From positions 1 to 49,914 of IMG/VR virus record IMGVR_UViG_3300044709_000090: a stretch of 49,914 nucleotides of DNA. One strand, given 5' to 3'. Source of the stretch: a virus. Its lineage: Duplodnaviria; Caudoviricetes. The notes beneath the pieces are model-generated. The model did no database searches. It was given only the letters and a program-made list of their open reading frames with translations, and was not told the origin of the DNA. Positions 8,287-17,602 of the stretch are shown piece by piece (positions within the stretch are counted from its first letter, which is position 1; each line of letters opens with the position of its first letter). A program made the translations under genes and the position numbers.

Positions 8287-8508
8287 ATGACCGAGACCAC
8301 AGTGGACCTCACCCACGCCGCGCTACAGGCACGGGTGGACGTCGCGGAGAACCGGCTACTGGGCGCCCAGAAGACGCTGGACAACAAGCTCGAACGCACC
8401 CGCCACCCGCACTTCGGGGCCACCATGACCCGCGACGAGTTGGTGCGCGCCGTCCGCGACGACCTGCTTGAGGTCTACGCCTGGGTGATCGGAGTGAAGA
8501 CGTCATGA
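8287..8508 (+). CDS. Hypothetical protein
   Basis: ATGA-coupled to a 29-aa hydrophobic ORF at 8201..8290. Confidence 0.55.
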   Translation: MTETTVDLTHAALQARVDVAENRLLGAQKTLDNKLERTRHPHFGATMTRDELVRAVRDDLLEVYAWVIGVKTS

Positions 8509-9053
8509 GGTACAACCTGCCCAAGGCCCTCGGCGGAGGGGAAGTCGAGGCGCTCGGCCCCGCCAGCGGCGCCGTCGTCGTCGTGGCTCCGCTCGAAGCG
8601 CCCGAGATCCGCGTCACGCTGCCCTGGCAGTGGCTCACCGAAGTCAAGCCGCTGCTGCCGGAGGAGCCGGCGATTGGCACGGTCGTACTCGACCGGTATG
8701 GCCAGGCGTGGCAGAACACCGGTGGCTGGTCGTGCACGACCTCAACCGACGACGAACCGTGGTCGGAACTCCATACCCGGTACGGCCCGCTGGCCCGGCT
8801 CGTTCCGGACCCGTTCGCCGAGCCGGTCGAGTTGCCGTGGGAGGCCACCGATGACGGCGCGGATGCCACAGAGGCCGACGCAAAGTACCGCCGTGTTGAC
8901 GTGTCCTTGTCTGCTGCGAACGGCCATAAGGACGTGATCGTTCGGGTCGATGTCGGTCGCGTCAATGGGATCGCGCTGTCGCACGGTACCGCCCGCGCCA
9001 TGGCGCGTGCCCTCATGGCCGCCGCCGACGCAGCCGAGAACGCACAGCCATGA
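8505..9053 (+). CDS. Hypothetical protein
   Basis: ATGA-coupled, codon bias. Confidence 0.65.
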   Translation: MRYNLPKALGGGEVEALGPASGAVVVVAPLEAPEIRVTLPWQWLTEVKPLLPEEPAIGTVVLDRYGQAWQNTGGWSCTTSTDDEPWSELHTRYGPLARLVPDPFAEPVELPWEATDDGADATEADAKYRRVDVSLSAANGHKDVIVRVDVGRVNGIALSHGTARAMARALMAAADAAENAQP

Positions 9054-9307
9054 GCACAGTGGACGACCAGATCATCGCCCGCGCCCGACGTCGGCTACTA
9101 CCACCCGGCGAGCACACCGAATGGGACCAGCAAACCGCCGCCCGCGCCGCGCTCGACGCCATCACGGCCGGGATCGCCGCCCAGGCCGACGCCGAGTTGG
9201 CCGTGTTCGCCGCGCTGGACATGCCGGCCTGGAACGAACCGTGCGGGCCGTGGCCGGTCATCACAGCCGGGCCGCTGCTGGAAGTGTTGGAGGCCAACGA
9301 TGCTTGA
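9050..9307 (+). CDS. Hypothetical protein
   Basis: Coupled, codon bias. Confidence 0.6.
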   Translation: MSTVDDQIIARARRRLLPPGEHTEWDQQTAARAALDAITAGIAAQADAELAVFAALDMPAWNEPCGPWPVITAGPLLEVLEANDA

Positions 9308-9743
9308 TCTCATCCCGATCATCTTCGCGTCGATCGGAGTGGCGTGCTTCCCCGGCGTGTGGCTGGCCATGCGTCGCGAACTGCGCGCCCGGCCGGTGTA
9401 CGTGCCCCGCCACCGGGCCATCGACGGGCCGTCCACCATGCAGCGGGTCGCCGAAGCCCGACGGCGGGCAGCGCTGGCCGCCGAGACCCAGGCCGGCGAA
9501 CTGCTGGCAGGCCTTGGCGACCGGGGCGGGGACCAGGCGGAGCTGAGCCGTCCGGGGCGTGGTGTGGCCGCGTACCGGCAGCTGCAGACCGCGGAACTGG
9601 ACACCTCGACGGCCGAGAGGTTCTACGCACTCGTCGGCCACAGTCTGCGTCCCCGCTCGCCGTGGGGCACACCGCTCGACGACGACTCGTGGGAGATCCC
9701 CGAGGGCGTCGAGCTGACCGCGATCGCTGGGGGTACGAGATGA
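9300..9743 (+). CDS. Membrane-anchored hypothetical protein
   Basis: N-terminal TM segment, GGAGG RBS. Confidence 0.6.
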   Translation: MLDLIPIIFASIGVACFPGVWLAMRRELRARPVYVPRHRAIDGPSTMQRVAEARRRAALAAETQAGELLAGLGDRGGDQAELSRPGRGVAAYRQLQTAELDTSTAERFYALVGHSLRPRSPWGTPLDDDSWEIPEGVELTAIAGGTR

Positions 9744-10144
9744 GCGCCTACGAGATCGCCGTCATCGTCGCGGTCGCCTGCCTCGGGTTCTCCGTGCTGA
9801 TGGCGTGGTGGTCCTCGGACCGGGTAGCCAAGGCCACCGAAGAGGCGGAGAAGGCGTGGGGCGTGGCCGACGAACGCGGCGACGCGATCACCGAACTCGA
9901 AGCCATGGTCGTCGAGTTGACCGACCGCAACGAACGGCTGCACGCCGACCAGCGCCGGATGCGCGACCGGCTGCCGGCCCTGGACACCACCTGGTGGTCC
10001 TGCGGTCTCGACGGCCACACGAAGGTCGAGTGGCGCGGCAACTTCGCCCACTGCGCGGACTGCGGGCGCAGCAGCGCTGACGTGGTCGACGAGGACGTGA
10101 CGCGGCCGTACATCGAGGTGCACGAGGCGGGTGATGGGCGGTGA
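9740..10144 (+). CDS. TM plus coiled-coil plus Zn-ribbon hypothetical protein
   Basis: MSAYEIAVIVAVACLG...; C..H..CxxC. Confidence 0.6.
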   Translation: MSAYEIAVIVAVACLGFSVLMAWWSSDRVAKATEEAEKAWGVADERGDAITELEAMVVELTDRNERLHADQRRMRDRLPALDTTWWSCGLDGHTKVEWRGNFAHCADCGRSSADVVDEDVTRPYIEVHEAGDGR

Positions 10145-11148
10145 GCTTCCGCGCGCTGGACGTGCCAGCGATCCGAGATGAGTTGGCCGAGTTCCTCCTT
10201 GGTTACGGCGCCACGATCTACGAGAAGGCCATTCGGGCCGGCAAGCAGAACCTAGTTCCTCGCGCGTCGAGTCCAACTCGGTCGGCGGCGATATTGGCTG
10301 CTGACGAGATACGGCGACTAGCCGGCGCCGAATTGTTCTTCGTAAGTGCGGAGATGGCGGAGCTTTCGGTTGCGGCGGCCAAAACGTTGCCGGCCTTTTC
10401 GCTCATGCCGGAAGACCTTCCATCGCCGTCGGGATTCATTGTCTTCGACAAGCCGTTCGCGGTCGCCCATGTAGATGCTTGGCATCTGCCGACACGGGAG
10501 GATCAGGCGCCGAAGTCCGGCGACGTGCAGGTCATAGCCGCATCCTGGTCGCATTGGACTGGAGGGAATCCTGACTGGGACCTTGGCGGCATATGGATCA
10601 CCTTCTTCGACGATCGCGACTCAACTATCGAGAGCGGCATCGCCGAGGGTATCCACGGCGTTGCTGCTGGCGATGTGATGCGGCGCGTTCTGCCGAGAGT
10701 GAATCTGAATAACGAGGTCCAAGCCCCATTCACCCGCGACCCCGTTGATGTCTCTGTAGGCGGACGCGAGCCGGTGCCGCAGTCGGCTCTGCCGGCCGGC
10801 ATCCATCGGTGGACGGCGGTCCTGAAGTCGACATGGCTGCTCATGCAGCAACCGATCACGTCGGTCTCGCCCGCCGCGACCACGCGGGCCGCGAGGCGGC
10901 GCTATGCGCGGGAGGACAAGCCCCTGCCATTGGTGCGCGTCATAACGCTTCGTCGCCCAGCCAACCCAAGTGGGTCCGGGCAGTCCGACCGCGAATACCA
11001 CCACCAATGGATCGTCCGGGGCCATTGGCGTCAGCAGTGGTACCCGTCACGGGAGGTCCACCGGCCGGTGTGGATCGCTCCGCACGTCAAAGGTCCTGAA
11101 GGTGCACCGATTCTCGGCGGGGAGAAGGTCTACGCATGGACGCGATGA
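10141..11148 (+). CDS. Hypothetical protein with C-terminal HQWIVRGHWR domain
   Basis: 335-aa ORF; VRGHWRQQWYPS..WIAPHVKGP motif seen in phage proteins; less GC-biased codons. Confidence 0.75.
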   Translation: MSFRALDVPAIRDELAEFLLGYGATIYEKAIRAGKQNLVPRASSPTRSAAILAADEIRRLAGAELFFVSAEMAELSVAAAKTLPAFSLMPEDLPSPSGFIVFDKPFAVAHVDAWHLPTREDQAPKSGDVQVIAASWSHWTGGNPDWDLGGIWITFFDDRDSTIESGIAEGIHGVAAGDVMRRVLPRVNLNNEVQAPFTRDPVDVSVGGREPVPQSALPAGIHRWTAVLKSTWLLMQQPITSVSPAATTRAARRRYAREDKPLPLVRVITLRRPANPSGSGQSDREYHHQWIVRGHWRQQWYPSREVHRPVWIAPHVKGPEGAPILGGEKVYAWTR

Positions 11149-11292
11149 CCACCCTCACCCGCTCACCGGAGTGCGCCCTCGGCTATCCGGAGGCGTGCAC
11201 GGACCCGACATGCAGCGACCCGGTGCACCTGCCGGACCGGGACGAGGACGCGGCGTGGCTGTGGGACGACGACGTACAGCGGCGGCGAGCCG

Positions 11293-12147
11293 ATGTCTAG
11301 CGCCGTGCTCGAAGCCCAAACCATCAGCCTGCCCGGGGTGTACGACATTTCGGCGGACGTCTATCACCTTGATCCGGTAGCAGGCGGCTCGCTGTCGTCG
11401 TCCGGCGCCCGCAAGCTGCTGGAATGCCCGGCCCGGTTCCGCTGGGACCAGCTGCATCCGACACCACCCACGAAGACGTTCGAGATCGGCCACGCCGCAC
11501 ACAAGGTCGTACTGGGCGCCGGCCCTGAACTGGTCCGGATCAACGCCGCCGAGTGGCGCACCAACGCGGTCAAGGCCGAGGTCGAGCAGGCCCGCGCTGA
11601 GGGCAAGGTGCCGCTGCGGCCGCTCGACTACGACGCCGTGCACGCCATGGCCGACGCCATCCGCGCACATCCACTCGCCCGGGTCCTGTTCGACCCGAGC
11701 GGCGGCCAGCCCGAGCAGACGCTGGTGTGGCGCGACGAGGCGACCGGCGTGTGGCGGCGGGCGATGCTCGACTGGCGCCGCGACCGGGTCATCGTCGACT
11801 ACAAGTCCGCCGCGTCGGCGAGCAAGGCCGCGTTCACCAAGGCCGTCGCCAACTTCGGCTACCACCAGCAGGACACCTATTACCGCGACGGGGTGGCCGC
11901 GCTCGGGCTGGCCGACGACCCGGCGTTCCTGTTCGTCGTCCAGGAGAAGGACCCGCCGTACCTCGTCGCGGTCTACGACATCGACGACGAGGACCTGCGC
12001 ATCGGGCGTGAACGCAACCGTCGGGCGCTGGAGATGTACCGAGACTGCACCGCGTCCGGTATCTGGCCCGGCTACTCCACCGAGATCGAGACGATCGCGC
12101 TGCCCGCGTGGGCCAGGCGCCAACACGAGGAGGCCTACGTTGACTGA
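11293..12147 (+). CDS. RecE-like (exonuclease VIII/DUF3799) PD-(D/E)xK exonuclease
   Basis: LSSSGARKLL.CPA; G.AAH; R.MLD..IVDYKS; YHQQ..YY. Confidence 0.9.
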   Translation: MSSAVLEAQTISLPGVYDISADVYHLDPVAGGSLSSSGARKLLECPARFRWDQLHPTPPTKTFEIGHAAHKVVLGAGPELVRINAAEWRTNAVKAEVEQARAEGKVPLRPLDYDAVHAMADAIRAHPLARVLFDPSGGQPEQTLVWRDEATGVWRRAMLDWRRDRVIVDYKSAASASKAAFTKAVANFGYHQQDTYYRDGVAALGLADDPAFLFVVQEKDPPYLVAVYDIDDEDLRIGRERNRRALEMYRDCTASGIWPGYSTEIETIALPAWARRQHEEAYVD

Positions 12148-13096
12148 AGTCGCGATCCGGTCCAACGGCAACAGCGTGGCCACGTTGGACGGCACGACAC
12201 CGACCATGGCGTCGCTCGCCGAATGGGCCGGGGAGGTCCGCGCCGCCGCGCAGATCGCCGAAGGGCTGTGCCGAACCTCGTTCGTGCCCAAGCACTTCTA
12301 CGACAAGCCGGCCGAGACCGCCGCCGCCATCCTCACCGGGTACGAGCTCGGCCTGTCGCCGATGGCCGCCGTCCGGTCCATCTTCATCATCTCCGGCACG
12401 CCCGGCATGTACGCCAAGTCGATGGTCGCCGTAGTCCAGTCGCGCGGCCACGAGGTGTGGATACCCGAGCAGTCCGACGAGCGCGTCGTGGTGCGTGGCC
12501 GCCGCAAGGGCTCGAAGCACGTCTTCGAAACGGTGTGGGACCGCGCCCGCGTCGTCAAGGCCAAACTGACCGGCAACGCCAAGTACCAGGACAACCCGCA
12601 GCAGATGATGGTCGCCCGTGGCCAGGCCGAGATCTGCCGTCAGGTCGCAGCCGACGCCTTGCACGGCATCCCGTATGCGGTCGAGGAACTCGACGACTTC
12701 CCCGACGCCAGCCCGGCGCCCGCCGTCGGCAGGGTCACCGCGACCGAGATCCTTTCCTCGGCGGTGGACGAGACTCCTGCCCCTGCGCCGCTCACCTCTC
12801 CGTCGTCCGACCCCGCCCGACACGCGAGTGAGCGGGAATCATCGGCGCCACCGGACAGCAACGTGGCCGCGCAGGGGCAGGCCGAGCCCGGCATCACCAC
12901 CCAGCAGTCGAAGAAGATGTACGCGCTGCTGCGGGAGACCGGCCGTGAGGACCGCGACGTGGCCCTGGTCTACATCTCCGGCGTGATCGACCGCGTCGTG
13001 GAGTCCACAAAGGAACTCACCAAGCGCGAGGCCGGGAAGGTCATCGACGCGCTCGAGGCGCCCGCCGAGCCAGACCTGGACGAGGACACGCCATGA
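12140..13096 (+). CDS. RecT-like single-strand annealing protein
   Basis: FVPKHF..KP....AAILTGYELGL.PM..IISGTP; adjacent to RecE-like gene. Confidence 0.75.
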   Translation: MTEVAIRSNGNSVATLDGTTPTMASLAEWAGEVRAAAQIAEGLCRTSFVPKHFYDKPAETAAAILTGYELGLSPMAAVRSIFIISGTPGMYAKSMVAVVQSRGHEVWIPEQSDERVVVRGRRKGSKHVFETVWDRARVVKAKLTGNAKYQDNPQQMMVARGQAEICRQVAADALHGIPYAVEELDDFPDASPAPAVGRVTATEILSSAVDETPAPAPLTSPSSDPARHASERESSAPPDSNVAAQGQAEPGITTQQSKKMYALLRETGREDRDVALVYISGVIDRVVESTKELTKREAGKVIDALEAPAEPDLDEDTP

Positions 13097-13368
13097 CCGC
13101 CCGCGTAGGTCTGCTGACCATGCCCGTCTGGGTGCCCGGGTTCATCCCCGAGGGCGTCCGGCCACCGTGCCGCGACGTCGACCCGGAACTGTTCTTCCCG
13201 ATCGGCGACCACTACGACGACAAGGCCCGCGCCGTCTGCCACCGCTGCCCGGTCGAGGAAGCCTGCGCACAGTGGGCCATCGACACCGCACAGGAGTTCG
13301 GCCTTTGGGGCGGGCTCGACCCGACGCAGCGTAAGGCGCGACGGCGGGCGTGGGAGTTGAGGCCATGA
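13093..13368 (+). CDS. whiB: WhiB-family Fe-S transcription factor
   Basis: C..DPELFF..C..CPV..C..GLWGG. Confidence 0.95.
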   Translation: MTARVGLLTMPVWVPGFIPEGVRPPCRDVDPELFFPIGDHYDDKARAVCHRCPVEEACAQWAIDTAQEFGLWGGLDPTQRKARRRAWELRP

Positions 13369-13508
13369 GCGAGTGGATCGTCATCAACGGCCACGTCCTC
13401 GGCCAGTGCGCCTACCTGAACTCTGACGACCTGGACGAGCCGTGCGACTGCTCGGACCTCCTGGAAGAGGACGAGTTCTGGGACGAGGACGAGGAGTTGG
13501 CATCATGA
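13365..13508 (+). CDS. Small acidic protein
   Basis: ATGA-coupled at both ends; MSEWIVINGH...LEEDEFWDEDEELAS. Confidence 0.5.
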   Translation: MSEWIVINGHVLGQCAYLNSDDLDEPCDCSDLLEEDEFWDEDEELAS

Positions 13509-13711
13509 CCACCGCCGAGATCACCGCCCTCGGCGCCTGCCCGGCCTGCGGCCACCTGCGCCAGGTGATCGCCATTTGCGGATGTGGTCATTCGGTGCTG
13601 GCGCATCTGCTCGGCACCAGCAAGGGCGCCACGGTTCGGACCGGCTGCACCCACGGCGGGCCGGACGGGCAGTGCACGTGCAAGCGGTTCAAGGCGGTGG
13701 CCGATGCCTGA
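13505..13711 (+). CDS. Cys-rich Zn-binding hypothetical protein
   Basis: CPAC..CGCGH..H..C..C.C. Confidence 0.6.
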   Translation: MTTAEITALGACPACGHLRQVIAICGCGHSVLAHLLGTSKGATVRTGCTHGGPDGQCTCKRFKAVADA

Positions 13712-13910
13712 TGCCACCATCGCCCACGTCATCGCCGGCACCGTCCACAACGACACGGTGTCCGGCGCGCGCATCAGCGTGACCGAGAACCCACACCGCC
13801 AACACGGCGGTGTGGTCATCGTCTACGACGCGGACGGGAACCGGACCAAGGTCGTCATGTACGAGCAGATGCCGCGCGTCGAGATCACGTACGGGGAGGT
13901 GGCGACGTGA
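13704..13910 (+). CDS. Hypothetical protein
   Basis: Overlap-coupled. Confidence 0.55.
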   Translation: MPDATIAHVIAGTVHNDTVSGARISVTENPHRQHGGVVIVYDADGNRTKVVMYEQMPRVEITYGEVAT

Positions 13911-14224
13911 CGGTCTATGTCGATGATTCGCTGATTCCGGCAAAGGTCGGCCGGTTCACGTCCCGCTGGTCGCACCTCTTCGCCGACACGCAGGACGAAC
14001 TCCACGCCTTCGCCGCGTCGATCGGCCTGAAGCGCTCGTGGTTCCAACCAGGCAAGGCGTTCGGCGGCAAGCCGAGCCACCTGTGGCACTACGACGTCAC
14101 CGAACCAAAGCGCCAGCAGGCCATCAAGGCTGGTGCCAAGTCGGTCACGTGGCGCGAGGCGGCCGAGATCATGCGCGCTCGCCGAGAACGCGAGGCCACG
14201 GCAGGAGGGCCGACCGATGCCTGA
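13907..14224 (+). CDS. DUF4031 family protein
   Basis: VYVDD..WSHL.AD..ELH.FA..IGLKR.WFQ..HYD. Confidence 0.9.
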   Translation: MTVYVDDSLIPAKVGRFTSRWSHLFADTQDELHAFAASIGLKRSWFQPGKAFGGKPSHLWHYDVTEPKRQQAIKAGAKSVTWREAAEIMRARREREATAGGPTDA

Positions 14225-14942
14225 CCAGTCCTACCGCGACACGTACGACGAGTTGGCCACGCTGCGGCAGGAGATGGCCGAGGCCGAAGCGCGCGGCTAC
14301 CAGCGGGCCATCGACGAACTGCTGAAGGTCCCGTCGCACGAGACCCACGTAGCCGCCGACTGGCTTGAGGCGCAACGCCATGGGCGGGCGCCGGAGTTCG
14401 GGCACACCGAGTGCGCGGCTGAGGCCGCGGAAGCCGACGTGCGGCGTCTCGTCGACCAGCTGGCCGAAGCCAACAGCCGGCTCATCGACGCGCGAGAGCA
14501 ACGCGACCGGTGGCGCAGGATGCACCACGCCGAGCGGGAGCGACTGCAGCGCTCCGCCGACAGCTGGCAGGAGACGGCGCGGCTGTACGCGACCAACGCG
14601 GCGGACGCTCAGGCCGAGCGGGACGGGATGCGGCCCGTGGTCGAGGCGGCCAAGGCATGGGTGGCGGCACACGCCTCGATGTTCTTCCACGGGTGTGCCG
14701 ACTTCGCGGACCAGCGGGTGCACGATGCGCTGGACGCCTTCGACGACGTTGTATCCGCTCCGCTCATAAGTGCGGACGAGGCCACCAGCCCCCAATCCGG
14801 CGGAAACGAATCTGAACTTCGCCAAGCCCCGCCACCCGGGTCGTGCAGCTCGTCGACCACGGCGCTGACGGGCTCGTCGTCGGTGGTGCCATCGCGGAGA
14901 TGCGACGGGTGCTGGACGGAGGTGGGCAGTGAGACTCCTTGA
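14217..14942 (+). CDS. Coiled-coil hypothetical protein; C-terminus probably frameshifted near 14820
   Basis: GGAGG RBS; the codon-biased frame changes after ~14820. Confidence 0.55.
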   Translation: MPDQSYRDTYDELATLRQEMAEAEARGYQRAIDELLKVPSHETHVAADWLEAQRHGRAPEFGHTECAAEAAEADVRRLVDQLAEANSRLIDAREQRDRWRRMHHAERERLQRSADSWQETARLYATNAADAQAERDGMRPVVEAAKAWVAAHASMFFHGCADFADQRVHDALDAFDDVVSAPLISADEATSPQSGGNESELRQAPPPGSCSSSTTALTGSSSVVPSRRCDGCWTEVGSETP

Positions 14943-15520
14943 CCTCTTTTGTGGGGCCGGCGGGGCGTCGGTCGGATATCACCGCGCTGGGTTCGACGTT
15001 GTCGGCGTCGACATCCGGCCGCAGCCGCGCTACCCGTACGAGTTCCACCGGGCCGACGCGCTCACGTTCCCGTTGGACGGGTTCGACGTGGTGCACGCGA
15101 GCCCGCCGTGCCAGGACCATTCGCCGCTACGGTCGCGGGCCGGGAAGCATGGCACTGGCTGGATGCTCGACGCGACGCTCGAGCGGCTCGCTGCTCAGCC
15201 AGCGGTATGGGTGGTGGAGAACGATGTTCGGGCTACGCACCGTTCGGCACCGGCGGTTCACGGTCGATCCTCGACTGACCGCGCTTCTGTCCGTGCCGGC
15301 ACATCCGAGACACCGGCGGCCAACCAGAACCAAGAACCGGATCTCAGCGTTGGCCGAGGGCCACAACCTGTCGATCACCGGCAACGTGGGTGTGCACGCT
15401 GGACCGCTGTGCATGGGCATCGACTGGATGACCGGCGACGAGCTCAGTCAGGCCATCCCGCCCGCGTACACCGAGTTCATCGGCGAACAACTGCTCGCGT
15501 CGCTGGCGGTGACCTCATGA
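14929..15520 (+). pseudogene. C5-cytosine DNA methyltransferase, frameshifted by a probable internal deletion at ~15222
   Basis: DLFCGAGG, SPPCQ, VVEN in one frame; MFGL..RHRRF..MGIDWM..ELSQAIPPAYT in another. Confidence 0.85.
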
Positions 15521-15768
15521 CCGACCCCGACCGTCTCGTCTGGCTGTCCACCCTGCGCAAGGACATCGCGTGGCATGAGGTCGCCGGGCTGCGAACCGTG
15601 TGCGGCCGGTACATCGGCCACGTGACCGACGGGGAACCTGTCCACGGGTGGCTGCTGCCCTACCACGAAGCGCAGCGTCGTTACGGCGTCGTCGACTGCC
15701 TGCGGTGCACCGGCGTGGGCGAGGTTGTCGAGCCGCGTGGCGTACCGAGCAGGGACCGTCGTGGATGA
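15517..15768 (+). CDS. Hypothetical protein
   Basis: ATGA-coupled; H..CG..CLRC. Confidence 0.55.
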   Translation: MTDPDRLVWLSTLRKDIAWHEVAGLRTVCGRYIGHVTDGEPVHGWLLPYHEAQRRYGVVDCLRCTGVGEVVEPRGVPSRDRRG

Positions 15769-15982
15769 GCTGACACGCGAGCTCTACCCGGACTTTGTGG
15801 CGGGCCGGGAACAGCGCCGACGCGCCCAGGAAGCCGCCGCGATCGCCGAACGGCGGCGAATCCTGTGCGGCACCGAAGACCTGGCCGAGACCGCCGGGTC
15901 GGCGAGACACCTTCGGCTCGCCGCGGCCCGACGCAAGCGGGATCAGCGGCTGGTGCGGGCGATCGGGCGGTGGCGCACATGA
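15761..15982 (+). CDS. Hypothetical protein
   Basis: Overlap-coupled. Confidence 0.5.
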   Translation: MDELTRELYPDFVAGREQRRRAQEAAAIAERRRILCGTEDLAETAGSARHLRLAAARRKRDQRLVRAIGRWRT

Positions 15983-16161
15983 GGACCATCAAGGTCGGCC
16001 GCAAGCATGTCTTCGTCGACGACCCGCCGGCCCGGGATCCGCGCACCGGGCAGCAGTGGTGTCTGTGCGGGCTGCCGGCGGACAACGCGGTGCATGAGTT
16101 GCCGGTGCGAAGCGACGACGAGCGGGAGGCCGAGATGCGGCGGGTGGGGGAGAGCGAATGA
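15979..16161 (+). CDS. Small Zn-binding hypothetical protein
   Basis: H.F..C.CGLP..N.VH. Confidence 0.55.
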   Translation: MRTIKVGRKHVFVDDPPARDPRTGQQWCLCGLPADNAVHELPVRSDDEREAEMRRVGESE

Positions 16162-16358
16162 GAACGATTCTGGATTTCTGGACTGCCTGCGGCGGGTGCG
16201 GCGTGCCGTCTCACGGACGCCTTCACTTCGACAAGCGGATGAACCTGGCCGACTCGGACGGCGGTCTGCTGTTCGCGGATGGTTGGAAGTGCCACATCTG
16301 CATCGACCAACCATGGAAGTCGGAAGACCTGACCGTCACACTCGGGAGCGAGTCATGA
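16158..16358 (+). CDS. Small Cys protein
   Basis: CGGC..CHIC; ATGA-coupled. Confidence 0.5.
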   Translation: MRTILDFWTACGGCGVPSHGRLHFDKRMNLADSDGGLLFADGWKCHICIDQPWKSEDLTVTLGSES

Positions 16359-17602
16359 TCACAACGATCGCGGTGTCGGACGTGCGGTACGTGGCCGAGC
16401 TGTACCCACGACTCCAGCCAAGTGACGCAACGGTTGCGCGGTATCAGGAGACCCTGGACGACCTACCACCGATTGTGGTTGCCCGCGGTGGGTTGCTGGT
16501 CGATGGTTACCACCGGTGGCAGGCGCACCTTCGCAGCAGCCGGGTCGAGATTGCCGCCGAGGACCTGGGCGATCTGAGTGACGCCGAGATCTTCAACGAG
16601 TCGATTGCGCGCAACTCGACCCACGGAATGGCTCTGTCGCAACAGGACAAACGGTCGCTGGCACCGAGGCTGTGGCAGTCGCGCGTCCATCTGTCCACAT
16701 CGGAACGGGTTGGCACGATTGCGAAACTGCTTGCCGTGTCCGAGCGGACGGTCCAGCAGTGGACGCAGGACGTCCGGGCGCAGGAGAAGGCCGACGCTCA
16801 AGCTAAGGCTTGGGACATGTGGCTCGATTGCGTCGACCAGGATGATGTAGCCGACGTGATCGGCGTGGATCCCGCGACGATCAGTCGCTGGTTGCAGGAG
16901 CGCAGATCTGCGGAAATGCAACCGCCCGACCCACACATGGCCTTCGACGTCTGGTCGTACGGCAAGTACGAGGGCGACAACGGCAGGTTTGGCAAACTGC
17001 ACCCGGGCGTGATTGAGAACCTGCTCTGGCTGTTCACGGAACCGGGCCAGATCGTCTTCGACCCGTTCGCTGGCGGTGGCACGACGCTGCACGTCGCAAA
17101 GGCCATGGGGCGGCGGGTGTGGGTGTCGGACCGGGCCAGCGCCGCGCTGTATCCGACTCTTCCGATCCACACCCACGACATCACGACCGGCTGGCCCGAC
17201 GGAGCGCCGGCCAAGGTGGATCTGATCCTGCTTGACCCGCCGTACTGGAAGCAGGCGGCCGGCGAGTACTCCGACGACCCTGAAGACCTCGGCAACATGG
17301 GCCTCGACGACTTCATCGAGGCTTGGTCAGCCACGGTCAAGGTCTGCGCGGGACACCTGGCCGATGGCGGGCGCATGGCCTTCATCGTCTCGCCGGCGCA
17401 GGACGGAGACTTGGCCACCGGTCGCGTCGTTGACCTCGCCTGGCTGATGTACGGCGCATGCACAGATCAAGGTCTGTTAGCCGAGCGCCGCATCATGGTT
17501 CCCTACTCGACCCAGCAGGCCACCGGCCAGCAGGTCAACGCGGCCCGCGATCACCGGAAGCTGCTGAAGCTCTACCGGGACCTGGTGGTACTGACGGCAT
17601 GA
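16355..17602 (+). CDS. ParB-like N-domain plus HTH plus amino (N6A/N4C) DNA methyltransferase
   Basis: PPIVV..LVDGYHRW.A; IAKLLAVSERTV; DPFAGGGTT; LDPPYW. Confidence 0.9.
   Translation: MITTIAVSDVRYVAELYPRLQPSDATVARYQETLDDLPPIVVARGGLLVDGYHRWQAHLRSSRVEIAAEDLGDLSDAEIFNESIARNSTHGMALSQQDKRSLAPRLWQSRVHLSTSERVGTIAKLLAVSERTVQQWTQDVRAQEKADAQAKAWDMWLDCVDQDDVADVIGVDPATISRWLQERRSAEMQPPDPHMAFDVWSYGKYEGDNGRFGKLHPGVIENLLWLFTEPGQIVFDPFAGGGTTLHVAKAMGRRVWVSDRASAALYPTLPIHTHDITTGWPDGAPAKVDLILLDPPYWKQAAGEYSDDPEDLGNMGLDDFIEAWSATVKVCAGHLADGGRMAFIVSPAQDGDLATGRVVDLAWLMYGACTDQGLLAERRIMVPYSTQQATGQQVNAARDHRKLLKLYRDLVVLTA

Noticed and set aside
14929-15768. Intact 279-aa methyltransferase
   Set aside because: The frame after ~15222 loses MTase motifs and runs into a separate gene starting at 15517.
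16007-16354. N-terminal extension of the ParB-MTase (531-aa call)
   Set aside because: It overlaps two coupled small genes; the ATGA-coupled start at 16355 fits better.
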